This document shows positions 56,800 through 64,000 of a DNA stretch of 64,000 nucleotides, piece by piece; the first letter of the stretch is position 1; every line of letters begins with the position of its first letter. The position numbers and the translations under genes were made by a program. A model generated the notes under the pieces. It saw nothing but the letters and a program-made list of their open reading frames with translations. It had not been told where the DNA came from and searched no databases. This stretch comes from the human T2T-CHM13v2.0 reference genome, Homo sapiens. The DNA lies in NCBI RefSeq assembly GCF_009914755.1, contig NC_060931.1; one strand, 5' to 3'.

Positions 56800-57683
56800 A
56801 CTCTGTTTATTGAAACAGCACTGATAAGGCATCAGTGACTTGCAAATCTTAACACCCAAGGGTTCTGAGAATCTTGTTTCTTGAGACTCGTTTCCTTTGG
56901 CCTCTCTGACAGTGTCCACTCCCGTCGTTCTATTACAGTTTCTACTTCTTGGTATCACTCACTAGACCTTCTTCCTTCTCCCCTTAATAGCAACAACAAT
57001 GGCATTTGTGAAGCAATATTTCTGCATACCTTATTTCATTTGTATTTAAGAAGTTTATCATCACATTTTTTATAAGAGTAGACAATGAGACACAGGTAAG
57101 TAATCTGATCCAGATTATGCTCAAAGTCATGTAAATCCTAGTCCTCACTTCTTGCTATTCTTATTTTTCATTAATCTTGTCTATTTTTATCAGTTTGGGT
57201 GTCACCTTTATGGAGATACCTTTAAACCATACTGATGATACACAGATAGTTTCCAAGTTCTGCATTTTTAACTGCCTATTAGATAGCTTGGCACAAATGA
57301 CCCAGATACAAAACTCTTCAGGTCCCTAACTCAGCATTGCCCATAGAAGTCAGCAGCTCTTAATGTTCCTTTTAATGCCCTGACCATTTCTCTAGTCATC
57401 CAGATATGAAGCTTGAATGTTAACCGTTTCCTCCTTCACATCAAGTCCACTATCAAATCTTACAGATTCCATGTCTTTCGACTTTGATTCTTTCTACCCA
57501 TTCTCTCTCCTCTAGGGCTCTGTCATCCCTCACTCAACTAGACCAGTGTGTAGCTGCTTAGCTGGTCTACTGGCCTCAGAACTCTTCCTAGTTACAGTCT
57601 ATTCTTAAATGACTGTCTGGTTAATATTCCTCATTTGTAGCCTTCTGCTTAAAAGAAATACCTCCAACTGCTTGATCACCTGC
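56800..57683 (+). mobile_element. Degenerate L2 fragments
   Basis: Pyrimidine-rich L2-like motifs (catcagtgacttgc, cacatcaagtccactatcaaatc, gctggtctactggcctc). Confidence 0.5.
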
Positions 57684-58143
57684 TGTCAGCTACTTCTGCC
57701 AACTCATAATGTGCTTGATGTCAAAACTCAAAAGAAGACTCAGAGTGAGTCAAAAATACTTTTTAGAGTATTTTTACATGCAATTATTTGAAGGGAGTCT
57801 ACACTTCAGAAGAACTAGTCTTCCAGTATAAAGGACACAGCAGGTATTTAAAGACAAGAAACAACAACACAAGGCTACCAGCTTGGAGTAGGCTGTGTAG
57901 GGGTGGGAAAATCCACATGAATAATCTGCTTACACGGGTCATCACAGATCTGCAGACATAAACATCACAAAAATGTCTGAGATGTAGAGTTTTCTTTAAA
58001 AACTTACCAACTTAAAGGGCCCAAGGCTTTATTTATTTGGGGGACTAGAACTAGACAAAGTAGTCTTCCTTTTTGTTTATTTTAGGGTGTAAAGTACTTT
58101 ATTTATAAATGAAATTCATGGTGTGCATAGACACATGGTGACA
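57684..58143. mobile_element. Unclassified ~460-bp LTR-like element
   Basis: Ends TGTCA...TGACA and appears to interrupt L2. Family not recognised and no TSD seen. Confidence 0.35.
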
Positions 58144-59017
58144 GGGCAAGATATTAGCTTTGTTTTCTCATCTACTATATGGAGCCCTTCTACCTTTCCA
58201 TTATCTTTTTCCTTTAAACTAGTAACTAGTTGGCTTAGTGGGTTCCAAAGAATCTTGTAGTATTTTCTTACTTCTATGTTGCTTTTGCCTCAAATACTTT
58301 AGTTACCAACAATCGAAACACTAGCACTTCCTTAAGGTCTATATAAATTCTATCTTAGCAACACTTTGCTGATACTACTTTTCTAAAATTATTATCATTT
58401 TTCTTTAATAACACTTATGAATCTTACTTTTACTGAATGTATTTTGCTTTGCAGAAAAGTGTGTATTATCATCTAATTGCCAAATTTTATTTATTTCCAT
58501 TTATTTTATAATGGAATTCAATTCTATAGTGTGTCTACACCATCATTGCACTTCTGTAAAATATATAGGCAAAGACAAAAAAGAAATGGGGAAAAATTAA
58601 GGTTTCATAAAATAAAATTATATGTTAGTACTGTATATGACTGGTGAGGGTAACTACTGGTGAAGAGAGAAAATTAGAATGGTTGTGTGTATACACATGT
58701 GAAATGCATTTGTATCTGCCTTCAAGCAGCTTACAATAACTATAAGTGCTCAATAAAGGTTTAATAATAATAAATGCTGACATTTACTGAGTACCTACTA
58801 CGTACCAGTCATGCCTTAAATAATTTAATTCCCAAAATCACTTACAGAATAGTAATCTAGACACAGAGTGGTAAATGAGCAAGGTTACACAGATAATATA
58901 TAGTAGACACAAAATTAGAAAATCTGGCCATCTGGTTCTAGAACTCTAACCATTAAGCAACACTGCAAATTTGAATGGAACTAAATTAGCACACATTTTG
59001 AACACACAAGCATGTAA

Positions 59018-59410
<393 letters not shown>

Positions 59411-61689
59411 ATTTGTACCAACTCTTTCTGGCTTTGAACAACTTTTGCTGAATAGTTGGAAATATGCTTGTAAGGCATAACTGAGATGACCACAAACTAT
59501 TTTCTAATAAAAACTGATACTTTATTGAGGTTTCTTTGTTAAATAGGTAGCTAAGAGACCTTAGCACGATTACCATGTCAATGGGTAAATTTCACTGATT
59601 CAATGGAAGGAAACAGTTAACACCACTACTGACTTAGAATCAGTAACTTAAATATAGAAAGAAATAGCCTTAATGCATAACATGTTGTTTCCAAGAGTTA
59701 TATAAATGTGGATTAACCACACACTTGATTTAAATCTTCCTAGGTGTCATGACTAATCTCCCTTTTACTGATTATTACACTACAAAATTTATTCTGATAT
59801 TCCTAATGTTTCCTTCAAAATAACAAAGCCACCAGCAGCACATATAATACATTGCAACATTTTTTTGACATTTTCATGGAATTGATACTGCAGTAATCAC
59901 TGGGTGCTATCAGGGATGAGCAGTGCATTTCAGGAATTATATTTCATAGTTTTTCAGTCTGTAGCAACTGGAGAACAAAATATGCAAAGGCTACCAGAGA
60001 GTGTCTATTTAGTCATAGAGTCTATTAGTCCACCATCTCTCATTCCAAACCATGAATAATTATATATTATTGAGAAGTGACACTTACATATTCATTATAT
60101 ATGTGTGGACCCATGTTGATATATGTATATACACACAACCATTCTACTTTTCTCCTTTCACCAGTAGTTATCCTCACCAGTTATATACAGCACTAACATT
60201 TAATTTTATTTTATGAAACCTTAATTTTTCCCTATTTCTTTTTTGTCTTTGGCTATATATTTTACGGAAGTGTAATGTTGGTGTAGAAACACTATAGAAT
60301 TGAATTCCATTATAATGGAAACATTCTCCAAATTATTGGCAGTCATAACTTCCATTTTCGTTGATTATGTATCTTTTTTTAGATCTTAATCAGTAATTGA
60401 AAGAACTTTCATAGATAATTTTAAGATAAATAGCTTTATGCACTAGTATGTTTTTCTACTTTTGAATAATTTTCTTGGTATAAATCTTGGAATCATTAGC
60501 ATTCAAATTATCTTGAAATGATACATTTATCATTTTAAAAAACAAACTTACTTTGCATTGTCAGTGTTAGTACCTTGATTACTACATTTTTTCAATAAAA
60601 AATAGCAAAGTATATTAGAAGATTCTCTTTATTCTATTCTAACAATTATTAATACGTGCCTAAGTAAAAACAAAAAAATAAGAAAAGGGAAGGTATACTG
60701 AGTTAAGCTATGCTTGAAACTTTTTAAAAGCACTTTTATTTAAACTAACTTTTATGATTTCAAGAATATTAATTCTCATAGTAAAAAATACTAAAAAACA
60801 AAACAATCACTCATGATTCATTCTTCCTTACTTTATTCTATGTATAAATTTCATACGTAGATATAATAAAAACCCATGTGAATTTCTCTGAGGCATAATG
60901 TCTTGTTATAAGCATGATTTTGGTCACTGCATTTTACTAATATATTCTACTTTACTTAATCATTTGGTTCCTGGTATACATATTAGTGTAATTTAAAAAT
61001 TTTCAGCTCTTAAAAACAGTATTGCAATGAGTGAGGGTCAAATTTGTATACATATCTATGATTATTTTTCCTAGAGGTGATGTTACTACCTACGATTATA
61101 AGTAGTTTTAAGGTTCTTGATACGTGGTATCAAATTTTTTAAAAAGCTGTATGAAAAAGCTTGGATAAAAAAACAATTTTCATACATGAAGTAAAATCAT
61201 TATATGGAATGTGTTACAAATAGCTAACATATACATATAGGATAGTTACTCTTTAACAATGGATAATGAACTCCAGAAATGGGAAATAAATCAAATGAAG
61301 CAGAGCAGAAATAGAAGGTAGGCAGTGCAAAGGATGGAGAAACAATGAAAACTTAATATACATCGTGCTTTGCCTGATCGCACATTGTACACTGATAAGC
61401 TGGTTAGAGAAAGGAGCCAGAAGTGGTCCAAGGCTTTAATTTCTTTTCTAATCTTTCTGGACATATATTAGAAGGTTGATTTGGATTATTACTTGAAAAC
61501 TATGCTGTTTGGCTTCTATGGAGAACATAGTGGTTCTTAAAAACAAGAGTGAAATCTGCTTGAGAATTAGAGTAGCCTTAGAATAGTCATATCAACAAAT
61601 TAATAGAGGAGAAAAAAGAAACCATATATCTAGGATAAAATGCCAAAATAATACATGGAAAGAATCATACTTTATTGTGTTAATTCATG

Positions 61690-61990
61690 TCTTCATGTAT
61701 TCATTCATTAAACTAATCTTTGTTGAACAACTATTATATGCCAGGCACGTCTCTAAATGCTAGAGATATGATAATGAATCAGAGATATAGTCTGTATCTT
61801 TATGGAGCTTACAGTTTAGTGAGAAATACTGACAATTAACCAGGTAGTTATAGTAGGGTGATGTCAAGCTTAGTGGGATAAGGAAACAAGGACAACCAAC
61901 CCTGTTCGGGCAGTTAGAGAAAGTATGAGGCCAGTTTCCAACTGAAAACTGAAAGGTAGTCAATGGAACAGAGTGAGCTGAAGAACCAAA
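61690..61990 (-). mobile_element. L2 3' end
   Basis: attcattcatt...ttgttgaacaactattatatgccaggcac...ggagcttacagtttagtg. Confidence 0.8.
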
Positions 61991-62929
61991 ATACTGCTTA
62001 TGTAACTTTTGCTATCCAACGTAAGTCTCAAAATAATAGTACACCTGTTTGGAACTTTATAGCTTCCCATTATGTTCTGGTGGAGAGAGCTAGACGACTT
62101 TAAAACTGCTGAGATCATTATAGCCATGGACAACCTGTGATACTACTAGCCAAATTTTAGCAACGCAAATATGGGGTAGGAAAAATAAAGAATTCAAAAA
62201 GACAGAAACAAATATCTTAATGAGGGAAGAGTAAGAAGTAAGACTAGAACTGTGTAATAAACATTCTGTCCAGTTACAAATGTGCCTGAGTTCATTGTAT
62301 AGTTCATTGTATAGGCTTGTTTGGGGGTTTTTCTATTTGTTGCTCTTGTTGTTTTCTCTTGAGACCTGACAAAGTACCCCTTTGAAAGTTGTAGAGAACA
62401 AGTCTCAGCTAGATGGACCCAAGTCAAAATCTAGCCATTATATTGGTGCTAGCCAGGAATAAACTTGATTAGATTGGCCAACCAGGGGGACACTGGCAAA
62501 AGCTCTCATCTTCAGCTGACATCTGTGAAGAAGCTTGACTTGATGATACCTGGTAGCTTCACAGGGATCATCCAAAGTATGAGGGAACTTTTCACAGACT
62601 TTTATGAATAATACTCAATTTGATTCTTACCATAAGGCTATTTGGGGCCAGAGAAAATACTGCTCTCTTTACTTTTCAAAGAAAGAAACAGATTCAAAGG
62701 TAGCGAATGCTTTGCCTAGGGGCACCCTTCTAGTAGCTGTCATGGCTAAAAGTGAAGTCTTCAGATTCTTAGTCTATTGCTCTTTCTATTAACATCAGTT
62801 TCTTCAACACCACTGGATTGCCATTCTTTATGAAATGTGATCAGTAAGACCTACTATATATGGGAAAAATTCTTAAAGACTATGGAGACTATATTTTAAC
62901 TCATTGCAAACATAGAGAGTTGATCTTTT

Positions 62930-63250
62930 TTATTTTAATTAAACTTTTTATTTTAAGATAATTGTAGATTTACAAGAAGCTGTAAGAAATAATACAGAGA
63001 GATTCCAGGTGCCCTTTACTCATTTTCCCCCAATAGTAACATCCTTCAAATAAATACAATGTCATAATGAGAATACTGGAGTTAAATATAGAACATCTTC
63101 TTCACAACACAGATCTCTCATGTTGTCCTTTTATGTCCACACCCCTGCCCAATCCCCTCATTATTCCATGGCTACCACCGATCTGTTCTCCATCTGTATG
63201 ATTTCATTTCAAGATTGTCAAATAAAACAAAGCGTGCAGTATTGTAACCA
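62930..63250 (-). mobile_element. L1MD-like 3' end
   Basis: gataattgtagatt...gtaagaaataatacagagagattcc...gatctgttctccatct. Confidence 0.8.
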
Positions 63251-63274
63251 ATTGGGTTTTTTTTTTTGAGATTC

Positions 63275-64000
63275 TTTTTTTTTAATTTTTTAAAAAATTT
63301 TATTATTATTATACTTTAAGTTTTAGGGTACATGTGCACAATGTGCAAGTTAGTTACATATGTATATATGTGCCATGCTGGTGTGCTGCACCCATTAACT
63401 CGTTATTTAGCATTAGGTATATCTCCTAATGCTATCCCTCCCGCCTCCCCCCACCCCACAACAGTCCCCAGAGTGTGATGTTCCCCTTCCTGTGTCCATG
63501 TGTTCTCATTGTTCAATTCCCACCTATGAGTGAGAACATGCAGTGTTTGGTTTTTTGTCCTTGCGACAGTTTACTGAGAATGATGATTTCCAATTTCATC
63601 CATGTCCCTACAAAGGACATGAACTCATCATTTTTTATGGCTGCATAGTATTCCATGGTGTATATGTGCCACATTTTCTTAATCCAGTCTATCATTATTG
63701 GACATTTGGGTTGGTTCCAAGTCTTTGCTATTGTGAATAGTACCGCAATAAACATACGTGTGCATGTGTCTTCATAGCAGCATGATTTATACTCCTTTGG
63801 GTATACACCCAGTAATGGGATGGCTGGGTCAAATGGTATTTCTAGTTCTAGATCTCTGAGGAATCGCTACACTGACTTCCACAATGGTTGAACTAGTTTA
63901 CAGTCCCACCAACAGTGTAAAAGTGCTCCTATTTCTCCCCACATCCTCTCCAGCACCTGTTGTTTCCTGACTTTTTAGTGATTGCCATTCTAACTGGTGT
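63275..64000 (-). mobile_element. Young L1PA (about PA3) 3' end, running off the window
   Basis: tatactttaagttttagggtacatgtgcacaatgtgc...gttagttac...acaacagtccccagagtgtg. ORF 63513-63755 is the intact-looking ORF2 C-terminus ending SLIGGN. Confidence 0.95.

Overview
AT-rich, CpG-depleted hominoid (very probably human) genomic DNA lying inside the giant introns of MAGI2, transcribed on the minus strand. The only protein-coding sequence is one 120-nt phase-1/1 exon (23029-23148, -) encoding part of the guanylate-kinase-like domain ([41 protein letters not shown]), with canonical splice sites. Everything else is intron: ten Alus, many L1 fragments (mostly antisense to MAGI2), L2/MIR, a truncated HERV-L with its MLT2A LTR and dUTPase/integrase remnants, a THE1 solo LTR, an LTR41/50-like element, and DNA transposons (Tigger3b, MER5, MER58, MER103). 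I found no convincing new biological system, and nearly all ORF-track entries are repeat-derived or chance. The points most worth checking are: an orphan 175-bp TSD-flanked insert that looks like a retrocopied mRNA 3' end inside Tigger3b; an L1 3' transduction; a twin-primed 5'-inverted L1; a 31-bp local duplication with repair-like signatures; candidate cryptic or micro-exons upstream of the exon; a hairpin carrying NF-kB sites; and DUX4 and CTCF motifs in LTRs. Repeat subfamily names and most repeat boundaries were assigned by eye from remembered consensus sequences and are approximate.
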